Source: Alphaproteobacteria bacterium
GTDB lineage: Bacteria; Pseudomonadota; Alphaproteobacteria; RF32; CAG-239
DNA: 64,000 nucleotides
Assembly: GCA_017471705.1 (NCBI GenBank)
Contig: JAFUSH010000052.1
Span: forward strand, 14,869 to 78,868
Direction: 5' to 3'
The first letter of the stretch is position 1, and each line of letters starts with the position of its first letter. Of the stretch, positions 47,752 to 58,450 are shown in pieces. The notes beneath the pieces were generated by a model. That model was not told the origin of the DNA. It saw nothing but the letters and a program-made list of their open reading frames with translations, and did not search any database. Made by a program: the position numbers and the translations under genes.

Positions 47752-47979
47752 ATGATAAAACTTCAAGAATACTTAGACAATAATAAAAAGACGGTAGCCG
47801 ATCTGGCTCGCGCAATCAATGTGCCGCATTGTGTGGCTTTGCGGTGGGCAAACGGTGCGCGCATACCGTCAAGAGAGAATATGCAAAAAATCTTTGCATA
47901 CACGGACGGCCAAGTTGAGCCGAACGATTTTTATAATATTAACACAGAAGAAGAAAAGGAGCTTAACAGTGTCAACTGA
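47752..47979 (+). CDS. Cro-like regulator, second copy
   Basis: Identical to 5621..5848. Confidence 0.7.
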   Translation: MIKLQEYLDNNKKTVADLARAINVPHCVALRWANGARIPSRENMQKIFAYTDGQVEPNDFYNINTEEEKELNSVN

Positions 47980-48256
47980 TAACATTATCAAATACACGCC
48001 GGAAGATGTTCAGCGCATTATGGCCGAACGCGTTAGGGTTAATTACAGATCTGCAACGTTTAAGGCCGGTATGATTGCCGAATATTGCTTTGAATATCCG
48101 AACGGCAAAATCCACGCCGATGTTGTGTGTGCTTTTCCGGTTGATCCGGCAAACGCAGATTATGACAACGGCGTGATTGTTTGTAACAAAAAGATTGAGG
48201 CGCAAATTTGGCCTTTAATCGGACAATATTCACTTATTACAGGAGAAAAATTGTGA
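47969..48256 (+). CDS. hypothetical protein (95 aa), second copy
   Basis: Identical to 5838..6125. Confidence 0.5.
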   Translation: MSTDNIIKYTPEDVQRIMAERVRVNYRSATFKAGMIAEYCFEYPNGKIHADVVCAFPVDPANADYDNGVIVCNKKIEAQIWPLIGQYSLITGEKL

Positions 48257-48636
48257 GTAACGATATTAAAGATTTCAGCCGAATGATCGGCGAATTAGAG
48301 GACGGCCAATTCAATGCCGACTGCTCGCAGCAGTTTGAAAAGGCATTGCAGGCCGTTAAAGAACGTTGTGAGATTGACGGTGCAAAGTCGGCCACGGCCA
48401 CAATAGCCGTCAATTTGAAAATCAGTTTTGTGAGCGGTAATATTGAGGTGAACGCCGATGTTTCAAGCAAGCTGCCGGCTAAACCACGCAACCGCTCAAT
48501 CTTCTGGCTTTCAGAGGACGGCAAAGGGATTTGCCGCGAAAATCCTAAACAGCCGCGGTTGCCGTTTGATGTTATTGCCGGCAAGCGTGAAGTAGTCAAC
48601 TATGATAACGAAAGGAAAGATATACATGGAGAATAA
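48253..48636 (+). CDS. hypothetical protein (127 aa), second copy
   Basis: Identical to 6122..6505. Confidence 0.5.
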   Translation: MSNDIKDFSRMIGELEDGQFNADCSQQFEKALQAVKERCEIDGAKSATATIAVNLKISFVSGNIEVNADVSSKLPAKPRNRSIFWLSEDGKGICRENPKQPRLPFDVIAGKREVVNYDNERKDIHGE

Positions 48637-49513
48637 TGAAAACACCGTTGTTGCGGTTAAGGATATTGTTGAAAAATATTTTGATCCGCGTGTTGTGCCG
48701 GTTGAGGGCACTAAAGGCTTGCTTATTGCACCGGGTGGCATGAGTGTTGCTCATGTTAAGCGGTTTATTGATGATGAACGCACTACACCGGAAACATTAA
48801 AAGGCAGCACAACATTGCATAATTGCCAGAGCTTTATTGACTTTGTTAATCGCTACAAAGATGATACTTCGGCTATTTTTTATAATCAAGATAAGCAAAA
48901 AGTTACCTGCATATTTGATTGTGCGACAAAAAATAATACAAGTTTTGAGCAGCACAAAGCTGATTATGCTTTCCCTTTCAGTGATGAGCTGAAAGAATGG
49001 AAAGAGCATAACGGTGATGTTATGACACAAATTGACTTTGCTTTTTTCATTGAAAAAAATGTTTTAGATTTGGCCGATCCGGACAAGACGGCTGAAAGTG
49101 AGGCCTTAAAAGAGATTAGACTGCGCATTGGTGGCCATTTTGCTGCCGTTAGCAAAATGGTGGAACTCTCCAGAGGCATTTCAATCCATAGTGATGAACG
49201 CGCTACGGTTAAATATGATCCGAATACCGGTGAAAGCACTGTTGATTTTTCAAGTGAGCATACCGACGCTACCGGTGAAAAGGTGAAAGTGCCGAATATG
49301 TTTTTGATCGTGATCCCTATCCTTAAAGGTGGTAAATCATATCAGCTGCCATGTCGGCTGCGCCACCGCTTAAAGAATGGGCAGATTATATGGTGGTATG
49401 AAGTTATTGATCTTGATAAAGCCATCGCTGCTGCGATTGACGAAGAATTGAACAAGATTAAAGAAGATATTGCTTTGCCGGTGTTCTATGGAGATTTGCC
49501 GTCGGGCAGATAG
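48626..49513 (+). CDS. DUF2303/YfdQ-family protein, second copy
   Basis: Identical to 6495..7382. Confidence 0.5.
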   Translation: MENNENTVVAVKDIVEKYFDPRVVPVEGTKGLLIAPGGMSVAHVKRFIDDERTTPETLKGSTTLHNCQSFIDFVNRYKDDTSAIFYNQDKQKVTCIFDCATKNNTSFEQHKADYAFPFSDELKEWKEHNGDVMTQIDFAFFIEKNVLDLADPDKTAESEALKEIRLRIGGHFAAVSKMVELSRGISIHSDERATVKYDPNTGESTVDFSSEHTDATGEKVKVPNMFLIVIPILKGGKSYQLPCRLRHRLKNGQIIWWYEVIDLDKAIAAAIDEELNKIKEDIALPVFYGDLPSGR

Positions 49514-49607
49514 TATGATTAAAGGCGGTGGTGTTTTACCACCGCCTGCACTGGTATTATTACGATATTACAATATAAGAGCTTAATTTATCAAAGGGTT
49601 AAAAATA

Positions 49608-49892
49608 ATGGTTGAAGAAACAGAAAAGAAAAAAGGTTGGGTTGTGCCGGTCGCCGCCGTTGAGGCTTTGCGATTAGAGGACGCAGAACTGTTTAAGGAG
49701 GCATTTTTGGCCATGCATGACTACAATATGAACGGTGATGTTGATGTGACGACTATGACGCCCGCCGCACGCGTGTTGTTCAGTTTGTTTAAGGAAACGA
49801 TTGACAGTAATGTGCGCCGCTATGAGGCTATAAAAAAACGCAATCAGGAAACAGCCAAGAGCCGAAAACCGCGCAAGAAAAGAGGAGAATAA
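49608..49892 (+). CDS. hypothetical basic-tailed protein, second copy
   Basis: Identical to 7477..7761. Confidence 0.5.
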   Translation: MVEETEKKKGWVVPVAAVEALRLEDAELFKEAFLAMHDYNMNGDVDVTTMTPAARVLFSLFKETIDSNVRRYEAIKKRNQETAKSRKPRKKRGE

Positions 49893-50476
49893 AAATTTTT
49901 ACCAAAAATTACCAGTGGTAAAAAAACACGCAAAATTTTACCAAAAATTACCAGTGGTGACGAAAAACAAATAAAAGCAGCCAAAACCGGCCGCAAACGC
50001 AGTAAAATGATTTTTAGTTAAAAATTTGGTAGCAGTTGGTGAGGTTTGGTGAAAAAAAGAAAAGAAAAAAGAAGCAAAAAAGAAAATAAATAAAAAAACT
50101 TGGTTGTAGGTTAAAAGGTTATTGGTTTTATGGTTAAAGGTTGAAATTATGGATAACAGGGAAAAGGTTAAGAGGGTTAAAGGGAGAAAGGAAAAGGTTG
50201 CAAAACTTGTGGATAAATCCACGCGTTTTGTGGATAAATGCTTGTCACATAAACGCGCCTTTGCGGACAAGCCTGCCGGCTTACCCTTGCAAAGACTGCG
50301 TTATACAAGCATTTTAGAGATGATTGCAGAAAAATCTGCAATCATTGGTGCGCAAGTTGAAACTTGCTTATTGCGCCTATCGGCGCAGGCTCGGCAAGGG
50401 AAAGGAGCGCGTTTTTGGCTTTGTGCAGCAATTTCTGTCTATTTTTTAGTTGCAAGTGTTGTATGGGAGGTTAGGA
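49893..50476. other. Origin-like non-coding region, second copy
   Basis: Same as 7762..8345. Iterons at 49897-49958. DnaA boxes at 50208-50237. Confidence 0.55.
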
Positions 50477-50866
50477 ATGTTATCAAAAATCAGAACGATT
50501 GAAGATGTTAAGTTTGAATTGACGCGCTATTTTGAAACGTTGCACGCACTGCCGGCGCCAAAATTGCCGGATTATGCAAAAAATTACCTTTGGCAGCTTT
50601 TATTGGTTGAGCCGAATGATGATGATAAAGAGGCCGCCGGCCGCCGCTTTGAGCCTACAACGGCAGATATTGCTGATTGTTGGTATATGGACGCAAATTT
50701 TATCCCACTTCTTACAAAATTTGAATACAATTTGCTACATGATCGGCTGCGTGATAAGCCGCTGCCGTGGAAATTGATTGAACATAAAACAAAATATTCG
50801 CGGCAATGGCTTAAAATCTATATGGATAAGGCCTTGCAACGCCTTTTTGTCCACATGAAAAGTTAA
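50477..50866 (+). CDS. putative late-gene regulator, second copy
   Basis: Identical to 8346..8735. Confidence 0.45.
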   Translation: MLSKIRTIEDVKFELTRYFETLHALPAPKLPDYAKNYLWQLLLVEPNDDDKEAAGRRFEPTTADIADCWYMDANFIPLLTKFEYNLLHDRLRDKPLPWKLIEHKTKYSRQWLKIYMDKALQRLFVHMKS

Positions 50867-50943
50867 TTTTTAGACACAAAATGAGTTATTAAAAGATATA
50901 AAATAAACAAATAATATGATAAATCAAGCACTTATGATAATAA

Positions 50944-51165
50944 TTTACATCACTTTACAAACACTTTACATCAATTTACAAAAAATGACTTTACAAAAAG
51001 GCGTAAATCTAAATATAAAAAATGTAGGATAGGGTTTTTACACTCTATTCGGAGGCCACTCAATTTTTGAGCGGCCTTTTTGTTTGGTGTAACACTGAAC
51101 AATGACCCTGCGATGGGTTAAGCTCCAAAGGCTATGCGCTCTCAACCGGCGCATAGCTTTCTTGT
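50944..51165 (+). promoter_or_regulatory. TTTACA array, candidate late promoter and tandem terminators, second copy
   Basis: Same as 8813..9034. Terminator stem at 51053-51077. Confidence 0.55.
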
Positions 51166-51693
51166 ATGGTGAATGAAATGGCAAAGGAAAAGAGAACAGT
51201 AAAGGCAAAAAAATCAGTTGGCCGTCCGAAAGTGAAATGGAAGAGCAAGGCAAACGCTGATAGAATTTTTGCGCTCATGCAAGATGGAAAGAGCTTACGG
51301 CAGATTTGCAGAGAGAATGGTTGGCCACATAGCACCGTGCTTGCTTGGTTGAATAGTGAGTTTTCTGACCAATACACGCAAGCGCAGGAGCGACGCGCGG
51401 ATTATTACTTTGAAGAAATACTTGAAATTGCTGACAGTTGTCCGGCTGATAAGGAGGAAGTGGCTGCAGCCAAGTTAAGAATTGATACACGCAAGTGGAT
51501 TATGGGGCGCATGAGCCCAAAAAAATACAGCGACAGGGTTAATGTTGATATGAGTGGCGAAACAAAGGTGACGCATGACGGAACAGTTGAATTTACCCCG
51601 ACAGATATGGCAATATCGCGTCTTGATGAAATCATTGGCCGCGTTGTCGGGACAGGAAAAGATACAAGCATGGAGGACACTAGCAAAGAATGA
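51166..51693 (+). CDS. terS: terminase small subunit, second copy
   Basis: Identical to 9035..9562. Confidence 0.8.
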   Translation: MVNEMAKEKRTVKAKKSVGRPKVKWKSKANADRIFALMQDGKSLRQICRENGWPHSTVLAWLNSEFSDQYTQAQERRADYYFEEILEIADSCPADKEEVAAAKLRIDTRKWIMGRMSPKKYSDRVNVDMSGETKVTHDGTVEFTPTDMAISRLDEIIGRVVGTGKDTSMEDTSKE

Positions 51694-53077
51694 TTTGTTT
51701 TTTCTTCTGGTTTATGTGCTTGGCGTTAGCTTTGCAAATAATCAGTGGGTGCTTGACCGCTGCCGTGAATACCAAGAAGAGCCATACGGCTATTTGGATC
51801 TATGGGCGCGCGGCCATTTTAAGAGCACAATTATTACATACGCACATACGATCTTTGAAATTTTGAACGATCCGGAGATCACAATCGGAATTTTCAGCCA
51901 TAAGCTGCCGATTGCCAGAGCTTTTGTGATCCAGATAAAAAACACGTTGGAAAGCAACGAGTTATTAAAGCTCTTGTTTCCCGATATTTTATATAAAAAT
52001 CCAAAAGATTTGCGCAATGGATCGCCAAAGTGGACGGAAGAAAAAATATGCGTGAAGAGAAAATCAACACGTAAAGAGATGACGGTTGAGGCCTGCGGTG
52101 TGGTTGAGGGGCAGCCGACAGGCATGCACTTTGATCGCTTGATTTATGATGACTTGGTTACATTAGAGAGTGTTAACACGCCGGAGCAGATCCTTAAAAC
52201 AACGGCGGCGTATAAAATGAGCTTAAACTTAGGCAGCGCAACAGCAAAGCGCGCCATGATCGGCACGTTTTATGCGTTTAATGATACATATAATGTGATT
52301 ATTGATGAGGGTGGCGTTATCCCTCGGATATATCCGGCAATGACAGATCCGACGGATTTTAACACTTCTGTCTTTTTACCGCCGGAAGAGTTGAAACAAA
52401 AACGTATTGAAATGGGTGCGGCAACATTTGGCACGCAGATGTTATTGGATCCATCTATTGCAAATAACAGATATTTTCTGCCGGAATGGGTGAAATACTA
52501 TGACGGCAAAGGTTGGAACACAATGACAAGATATATTATTGTTGATCCGGCCTCAAGCAAGGAGAAACGCAGCGACTATACCGTCATGCTTGTTTTAGGA
52601 CTTGGCAAAGACGGTAATTATTATGTGATTGACGGCATACGCGATCGGCTCAATCTGACTGAACGAACAAATATTTTATTCAGTCTTGTTGAGCAATACC
52701 GGCCGAATGCGGTATGGTATGAAAGCTATGGGCAACAGGCCGATAATGAGCATATTCAGGCTGAAATGTCTGCGCGACATTTTCGGTTTGCAATTCATCG
52801 GCTTGGCGGCACTATGGCTAAAAAAACAAGAATTGAGCGCTTGCAGCCGTTATTTGAACAGGGTAAAATCTGGTTTCCGACACGTTTACCGTTTTTAACG
52901 GTTGATAATGGTTATCAAGATTTTACTAAGCTGTTTTTGGACGACGAATATTTGAAATATCCGGCTTGCAATCATGACGATATGATTGATTGTTTAGCGC
53001 GGTTGTTTGATATAAATGCGGTCTTTCCACAAAACGGCGCAGCATATCAAACAATTTTCTATAATAAGAAAGGATAG
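51575..53077 (+). CDS. terL: terminase large subunit, second copy
   Basis: Identical to 9444..10946. Confidence 0.9.
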   Translation: MTEQLNLPRQIWQYRVLMKSLAALSGQEKIQAWRTLAKNDLFFLLVYVLGVSFANNQWVLDRCREYQEEPYGYLDLWARGHFKSTIITYAHTIFEILNDPEITIGIFSHKLPIARAFVIQIKNTLESNELLKLLFPDILYKNPKDLRNGSPKWTEEKICVKRKSTRKEMTVEACGVVEGQPTGMHFDRLIYDDLVTLESVNTPEQILKTTAAYKMSLNLGSATAKRAMIGTFYAFNDTYNVIIDEGGVIPRIYPAMTDPTDFNTSVFLPPEELKQKRIEMGAATFGTQMLLDPSIANNRYFLPEWVKYYDGKGWNTMTRYIIVDPASSKEKRSDYTVMLVLGLGKDGNYYVIDGIRDRLNLTERTNILFSLVEQYRPNAVWYESYGQQADNEHIQAEMSARHFRFAIHRLGGTMAKKTRIERLQPLFEQGKIWFPTRLPFLTVDNGYQDFTKLFLDDEYLKYPACNHDDMIDCLARLFDINAVFPQNGAAYQTIFYNKKG

Positions 53078-53082
53078 ATAAA

Positions 53083-53475
53083 ATGGGATTAGGTAAAAGC
53101 TTAAAAAAAGCCGTCAAAAAAGTTACAAAGGCAGTAACAAAAGTGGTTGGTAGCCGTGTAACTGCAGGCATTGACGCAATTAAATCTGTGGCCAAAGGAG
53201 ATTTAACCGGTGTGGCTGATGCTGCTACGCGTGTGGCAAGTGGTGGAACAATATCACTAAAGGATAAAGGTTTGCTTAATGCAAATTTAGGGATTGAGCA
53301 AAATGTTGAGGCTCCTCCGATACAAACAGAGCAACCCTATGATGGTTTGCTTGCTTATGTGACTGATCAGAGAAACCGCAGAGCAAAGCGAAACCGTCAA
53401 AGCACAAACAATACAAGCGGATCTAACACGGTTGACGGTAATAAATTGTCCGGCACAACTGCATTAGGAGTGTAA
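53083..53475 (+). CDS. small basic protein (...TALGV), second copy
   Basis: Identical to 10952..11344. Confidence 0.55.
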   Translation: MGLGKSLKKAVKKVTKAVTKVVGSRVTAGIDAIKSVAKGDLTGVADAATRVASGGTISLKDKGLLNANLGIEQNVEAPPIQTEQPYDGLLAYVTDQRNRRAKRNRQSTNNTSGSNTVDGNKLSGTTALGV

Positions 53476-53479
53476 AATC

Positions 53480-53788
53480 ATGATGTTTAGAAGATTATTC
53501 AAGCGCATACGTCAAAAGGCTCTTTTAGATAAAATAAACGCAGCTAAAAAAGCTCAAACAGACGCAAAAGCAGCGGCAGAGCAAACGCAAGCGACAGCAC
53601 AAGCTGCAGCCACGGATCCGGCAACAACTCAACCGACAACACCGCCGGTGCAAACGACAGCTACGCCGGCCGCCGAAAATAATGATCTTGATTTGTATAT
53701 TAACACAATGAAAAATCGGCGCAAAAAGGGTGCACAGTTGCCAGATGTGGCCGCACTGTTAGGACAAACAGCTACATTGGGAGTTTAG
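53480..53788 (+). CDS. small basic protein (...TATLGV), second copy
   Basis: Identical to 11349..11657. Confidence 0.55.
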   Translation: MMFRRLFKRIRQKALLDKINAAKKAQTDAKAAAEQTQATAQAAATDPATTQPTTPPVQTTATPAAENNDLDLYINTMKNRRKKGAQLPDVAALLGQTATLGV

Positions 53789-53791
53789 ACA

Positions 53792-55513
53792 ATGGATAAT
53801 ATTGATGATGTGGCCACACGCATTGTCAAAGGGTTGAGTAATTTGCAGAGCAGACGTCAACCTTTAGAGAATGTTTGGCAAAAAATTATGGAAATGGTTG
53901 ATCCGGCCAATGCTTTTATTACACGTGAATATTCAGCAGAACAGATGTTTAAGGAGGATCTTTATTCAACTACTGCTTTGCGTGCAATACCAAAGTTTGT
54001 GGCCGCTTTACAATCAACCGTTACACCACCGAATGAGCAATGGCACCGGTTGATACCACCGACACGTAAGCTTAAAAAAGATCAAAAATGTATTTCTTGG
54101 CTTGAAGAATTAGCAGAGGATTTGTTTGAGCGCAGGTATAGACCGGCCGCCGGATTTAATAAGGCTATTATTAAAATTTGGTATAGTATGGCAAAAATCG
54201 GCGTCGGCTGTATGTTTATAGATGAGGCAAGTGATGGCTCCGGTGCTGAATATACCTGCGTTAATATGAAAGATTTTTATGTTAGCCTGTATGATAATGG
54301 CCAGATCAAAAAATGTTATCGTAAAATCAAAAAAAGCTTTTGGGAAGTTTGCGAAGATTTGGAAAATAAAGGAGTTGATCCGCAGTCTGTTATCCCTCAA
54401 GAGATATATAATCGCTGCATTAAAGAGCCGAATACTGAACTTAATCTTATTCATGCAGTAAAAAAACTAAGCAACAAGGAAATTAAAACTTGTCAAATTG
54501 AAATGAATAAGGTGGACGGCTCAAAGGAAATTATTAAACGCCGTTACAGATCTTACTTAGTTTTGACTGATAGCGGAAAGCCTGTTGTGTTGCATGATGG
54601 GTATTTCTTTACATGCCCTTATCAATTTGCACGTTTCAAAGAGCTTGATTTTGATATTTATTCAAACTCTCCATCTATGCAAGGCCTGCCTGATATTCAG
54701 ATGTTGCAGCGTATGCGTAAATCAATGATTGAGGCCGGTGAAAAAGCTGTTGATCCTACAATCTTGGCTAAACAAGACGCAGCAATGGGCGGTATTCAAC
54801 CAGTTGCCGGCGCGATTATTCCGGGAGGATTGGACGATCAAGGTAAAGAAAACCTGAAAGCGTTGAATGTCACCGGATCAGCCTCGCTTGGTGTTGATTT
54901 AGAAGAGCTTATCACAAAAGGAATTGAGGACTTTTATCTTGTGCCGCTATACATGATGTATTACCAAGAGGGCAAGATGACGGCTACTGAAATAAATCAG
55001 CGCGCGATGGAAAGAGCAATGCTGATGTCAATCAATGTCTTTCCGGTTGAAAATGAGTTGCTTTCGCCGATGGTGGCTAGGGAGCTTGATATTATGGAGC
55101 GTTTAGGAGTATTGCCACCGGAAATACCGCCAGAATTATCAGAGCTTTTGAATAAAGATTTACCTTATTATGCAATCCAGTATGAGGGAGAGCAGCATAA
55201 GGCGCAAGAGATCATCAAAGCTAATGGTATTATGGTGACTTTGGAGGGTGCGGCAACTTTAAGCCAGTATGAGCCGACTGTCGGTATGGCAATCAAAGGA
55301 TATGATTGCTTGGCTACACTTGGCCGCGCAAACGGTATGCCGATGGATCATTTATTGACAGCCAAAGAATATAAAAGCAAGACTGATCAATATCAACAAG
55401 AGCAGTTAGCTCAAGCACAAGCTGCCGCTGCGGCCGTTGATCCTCGTGCCGCTGAAACGGCAGGTAACACAGCCGATCGGTATGCTACACAACTTGCAAG
55501 TATGAGGTATTGA
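53792..55513 (+). CDS. portal protein, second copy
   Basis: Identical to 11661..13382. Confidence 0.8.
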   Translation: MDNIDDVATRIVKGLSNLQSRRQPLENVWQKIMEMVDPANAFITREYSAEQMFKEDLYSTTALRAIPKFVAALQSTVTPPNEQWHRLIPPTRKLKKDQKCISWLEELAEDLFERRYRPAAGFNKAIIKIWYSMAKIGVGCMFIDEASDGSGAEYTCVNMKDFYVSLYDNGQIKKCYRKIKKSFWEVCEDLENKGVDPQSVIPQEIYNRCIKEPNTELNLIHAVKKLSNKEIKTCQIEMNKVDGSKEIIKRRYRSYLVLTDSGKPVVLHDGYFFTCPYQFARFKELDFDIYSNSPSMQGLPDIQMLQRMRKSMIEAGEKAVDPTILAKQDAAMGGIQPVAGAIIPGGLDDQGKENLKALNVTGSASLGVDLEELITKGIEDFYLVPLYMMYYQEGKMTATEINQRAMERAMLMSINVFPVENELLSPMVARELDIMERLGVLPPEIPPELSELLNKDLPYYAIQYEGEQHKAQEIIKANGIMVTLEGAATLSQYEPTVGMAIKGYDCLATLGRANGMPMDHLLTAKEYKSKTDQYQQEQLAQAQAAAAAVDPRAAETAGNTADRYATQLASMRY

Positions 55514-55514
55514 C

Positions 55515-55805
55515 ATGGCTTTAAGTAAAGAAAGTAAAGAAAAAATCTGCCTGAATGTGCGGCTTGTTAAAGAGGCTTATGTTAAAGCATTTGCCGGTAA
55601 TCAGGTGATTATGCAAGATTTGCGCAGCTTTTGCGATGTTAATGTGCCGACGGATATGAATCCGACGATGGGCAATATTGACGTGAGCAAAGTATTGGTT
55701 AAAACCGGCCGCGCAAGTGTGTTTCAGCGTATTGAATATTGGCTGAACACGCCGGTTGAACAAATTGAAACAGATACTTTAAATAAATGGGAGCAATTAG
55801 CATGA
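55515..55805 (+). CDS. hypothetical head-module protein, second copy
   Basis: Identical to 13384..13674. Confidence 0.55.
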   Translation: MALSKESKEKICLNVRLVKEAYVKAFAGNQVIMQDLRSFCDVNVPTDMNPTMGNIDVSKVLVKTGRASVFQRIEYWLNTPVEQIETDTLNKWEQLA

Positions 55806-56491
55806 GCGAAGAAAACTCAACCGCTGCCGATCCGGCAGTAACAAACGCAGGGGAAAATGTCGGCAATGAGCCGGCTTTTTTGTTTGAGAACGCTGACGCC
55901 TCCGGCTATGGTGAGGAAAATGTCAACTTCTTAAAGGAGAACAATTTAAGCAATATGTCTGATTTGGTTGCGTTGGCCACAAAAGGTAAAAATGCCTTAC
56001 AGTTACCAAGCGATGATGATCAAGATAGTTTGCTCAATTTCCGTAAAGCCTGCGGTTATCCTGAAACCGCTGACGGTTATGGATTTAAGGCTGAAACGGA
56101 AGAAGAAAAGAATATTGCTGATTTTGTGCATAAATGCCAGTTAGATAAATGGGCAGCTAAGGCGGTATATAATCAAATTATTGCAAATATCAAAGCAGAG
56201 GACGCCGAAGACAAAAAGCAATATGCCGCCGAAGTGGCCAAAGTAAAAGGCAACTGGGGTGAAAATGCACAAGGCAATGAAAGCTTACTGCAGCGCGGTG
56301 TTGCGGCAATCGGATTGTCGGAGCAACAACTGCAGGAAATCTCCGGTATTATCGGAGTGGAGGCGGCGCTCAATCTTATGTTGACGCTTGGCCGCGTAAA
56401 GTCTGATCATTCGGGCGTTACCGGAACAACCGGCGGCGGCAGCGGTGATGAGAGCTTGGATAGTTTTATATACAGACGCCGCGATATGTAG
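55802..56491 (+). CDS. scaffolding protein, second copy
   Basis: Identical to 13671..14360. Confidence 0.6.
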   Translation: MSEENSTAADPAVTNAGENVGNEPAFLFENADASGYGEENVNFLKENNLSNMSDLVALATKGKNALQLPSDDDQDSLLNFRKACGYPETADGYGFKAETEEEKNIADFVHKCQLDKWAAKAVYNQIIANIKAEDAEDKKQYAAEVAKVKGNWGENAQGNESLLQRGVAAIGLSEQQLQEISGIIGVEAALNLMLTLGRVKSDHSGVTGTTGGGSGDESLDSFIYRRRDM

Positions 56492-56558
56492 TGTTTGAAT
56501 ATAAAACATTGTTTTAACCGGAGGCGTTTGCCTCCATTTTTTATATAGGATAAAATAA

Positions 56559-57545
56559 ATGGATAACGATACTTTACAACGAATTGCGCTTAATCAATCT
56601 AAGACGCAACAAAAAGTAGTTGATCACTTTACAAAACCTACGGAATTTTTGAAAAGAGTGCCTTTTATTGTTTCAAGTCACGGCTTTGTCAATGATTACG
56701 AAGAGTGGTCAAACGTTGAGGGCGGCGAGTTCAGAGAATTTGACGCACCTTATTCACCGATGACTGCCGATACAAGCTTAAGACAAGTTAAGCTTGGTGT
56801 TATGGGTGGTGAAATGAGTGTTGGCGAAGAGGCTGCATTGCACATGTTTAGTGGTGTTACCACTGATAGTGCAGAGGCTGCAGCAAAATACTTTGCTAAA
56901 CAAACACCGCAGATCTTGAATAAGTCCGGTAGAAATACCGAATTGCATTTTATTTATAACATTTTGTATGGCGAAATGAAAAAATACAACGCCAAGAATG
57001 CGGCTGACACCACAAAACATACTATGTTTAATGCAGGCGGCACCGGCAATACAAACTATTCAATCTTTGCAATCCGTCAAGCACCGGAATTAAACTGCGG
57101 TTTATATTCTCCTTGCGGTAAAAACAAAGATGAAACCATGTATATGGAATGGCTGAACGGCGGTGAACGTCACTATATTGCCACCGGTAAAGATCAAGGC
57201 AAAATCGGCTATGAGGCTACATGGAAAGCCTTTTTAGGCTATCAGTTGGCTTGTCCTGAATATTTGGGCGGTATTTTCAATATCGATCCGGCAAACAATC
57301 ACAATGTTACAGCTGCGATGATTGATGACTTGCTTGACGCTGTTGAGGCTGATACCTCCGATACTGTTCTTGTTATGGCTCGCACCATGAAGAGCAAGAT
57401 CGGCGCCTTGAAGTGGGATAAAGTTGAGCTTGAAAATCGTGAAGAAAATATCAATACCAAGGTTTTGACTTGGAACGGTATTGAAATTATTGGCACGAAT
57501 ACCATGCTCAAAGGCACTGAAAGCAAGGTTATCTTGCCTTACTAG
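56559..57545 (+). CDS. major capsid protein, second copy
   Basis: Identical to 14428..15414. Confidence 0.7.
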   Translation: MDNDTLQRIALNQSKTQQKVVDHFTKPTEFLKRVPFIVSSHGFVNDYEEWSNVEGGEFREFDAPYSPMTADTSLRQVKLGVMGGEMSVGEEAALHMFSGVTTDSAEAAAKYFAKQTPQILNKSGRNTELHFIYNILYGEMKKYNAKNAADTTKHTMFNAGGTGNTNYSIFAIRQAPELNCGLYSPCGKNKDETMYMEWLNGGERHYIATGKDQGKIGYEATWKAFLGYQLACPEYLGGIFNIDPANNHNVTAAMIDDLLDAVEADTSDTVLVMARTMKSKIGALKWDKVELENREENINTKVLTWNGIEIIGTNTMLKGTESKVILPY

Positions 57546-57608
57546 GGAAATAAGCACCTCTTTAAGGGGTGCTTTGTTTTTAATCTTTTTTAAGAAAAGG
57601 AAAAAAAT

Positions 57609-57998
57609 ATGACTAAAAATTTCGGTTTTTATAGAGGAAACTTTACCGATGAAGCTGCCGCAGCTGCAAGTATTTCAGGCACACGCGGCTTGCGTGTCGG
57701 TGGTGCATTAGGCCATGTTTATGCGCAATGCGTAGCCGGCGCCGGTGGATTTTCTATTGCCGCCGGCAAAGCTGTGACTTTAACCGGTAAAGAATGCGAT
57801 ACAGTTGATGGCACTTATGCTGCAAACGGTGTGACAGTTGTCCGCACTTTTGCTGCTGCCACAACTTTTGCAGAGGGTGAAGTTATTGCAGAGATCCATT
57901 TTGCTGAATATTCAAAAGAATACGGCAAAGTTGATTTTGCTTGCAACGACACTGGTGCAACCGGCGCAATCAAGATTGTGCCTAACGCAATGGGGTAG
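57609..57998 (+). CDS. Ala/Gly-rich head protein, second copy
   Basis: Identical to 15478..15867. Confidence 0.5.
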   Translation: MTKNFGFYRGNFTDEAAAAASISGTRGLRVGGALGHVYAQCVAGAGGFSIAAGKAVTLTGKECDTVDGTYAANGVTVVRTFAAATTFAEGEVIAEIHFAEYSKEYGKVDFACNDTGATGAIKIVPNAMG

Positions 57999-58002
57999 TA
58001 AC

Positions 58003-58401
58003 ATGGCTCAATACAAAGCAATACATGACACTATGTATAATTTTGCGTTGGTTAAAAAAGGCAAAATTATATTCGGCGGTGACGAGTTGAAGTCTAATGA
58101 GCATTTTGAGCTTGTTGGCAATGAAAACAAAGCACCGGCCGCCGGTGAAAATGGAAACGCTACCGGTGCAACCACTGCGACAGCAGATCCTAAACAACAG
58201 ATGAACTTTAATCAGCTTGTTAAATACGCTCAAAGTATTGGCGTAGAGGGTGCAAACAGAATGAAAAAGCCTGAACTCTTGGCCGCAATCGCAGCTAAAG
58301 AGGCGGAAACTGCTGCACCTAAGGCTGACGAAGTTGTCACCGAAGATGGAAAAGATGGCAATGTTGATGGCGATAGCGTCAATATTCAGCCGGTAGCTTA
58401 A
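58003..58401 (+). CDS. HeH/Rho-N-motif head protein, second copy
   Basis: Identical to 15872..16270. Confidence 0.55.
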   Translation: MAQYKAIHDTMYNFALVKKGKIIFGGDELKSNEHFELVGNENKAPAAGENGNATGATTATADPKQQMNFNQLVKYAQSIGVEGANRMKKPELLAAIAAKEAETAAPKADEVVTEDGKDGNVDGDSVNIQPVA

Positions 58402-58450
58402 TGATATTGAGGAGGCTTAAACGGCCTCCTCTTTTTTTGGAGAATATAAG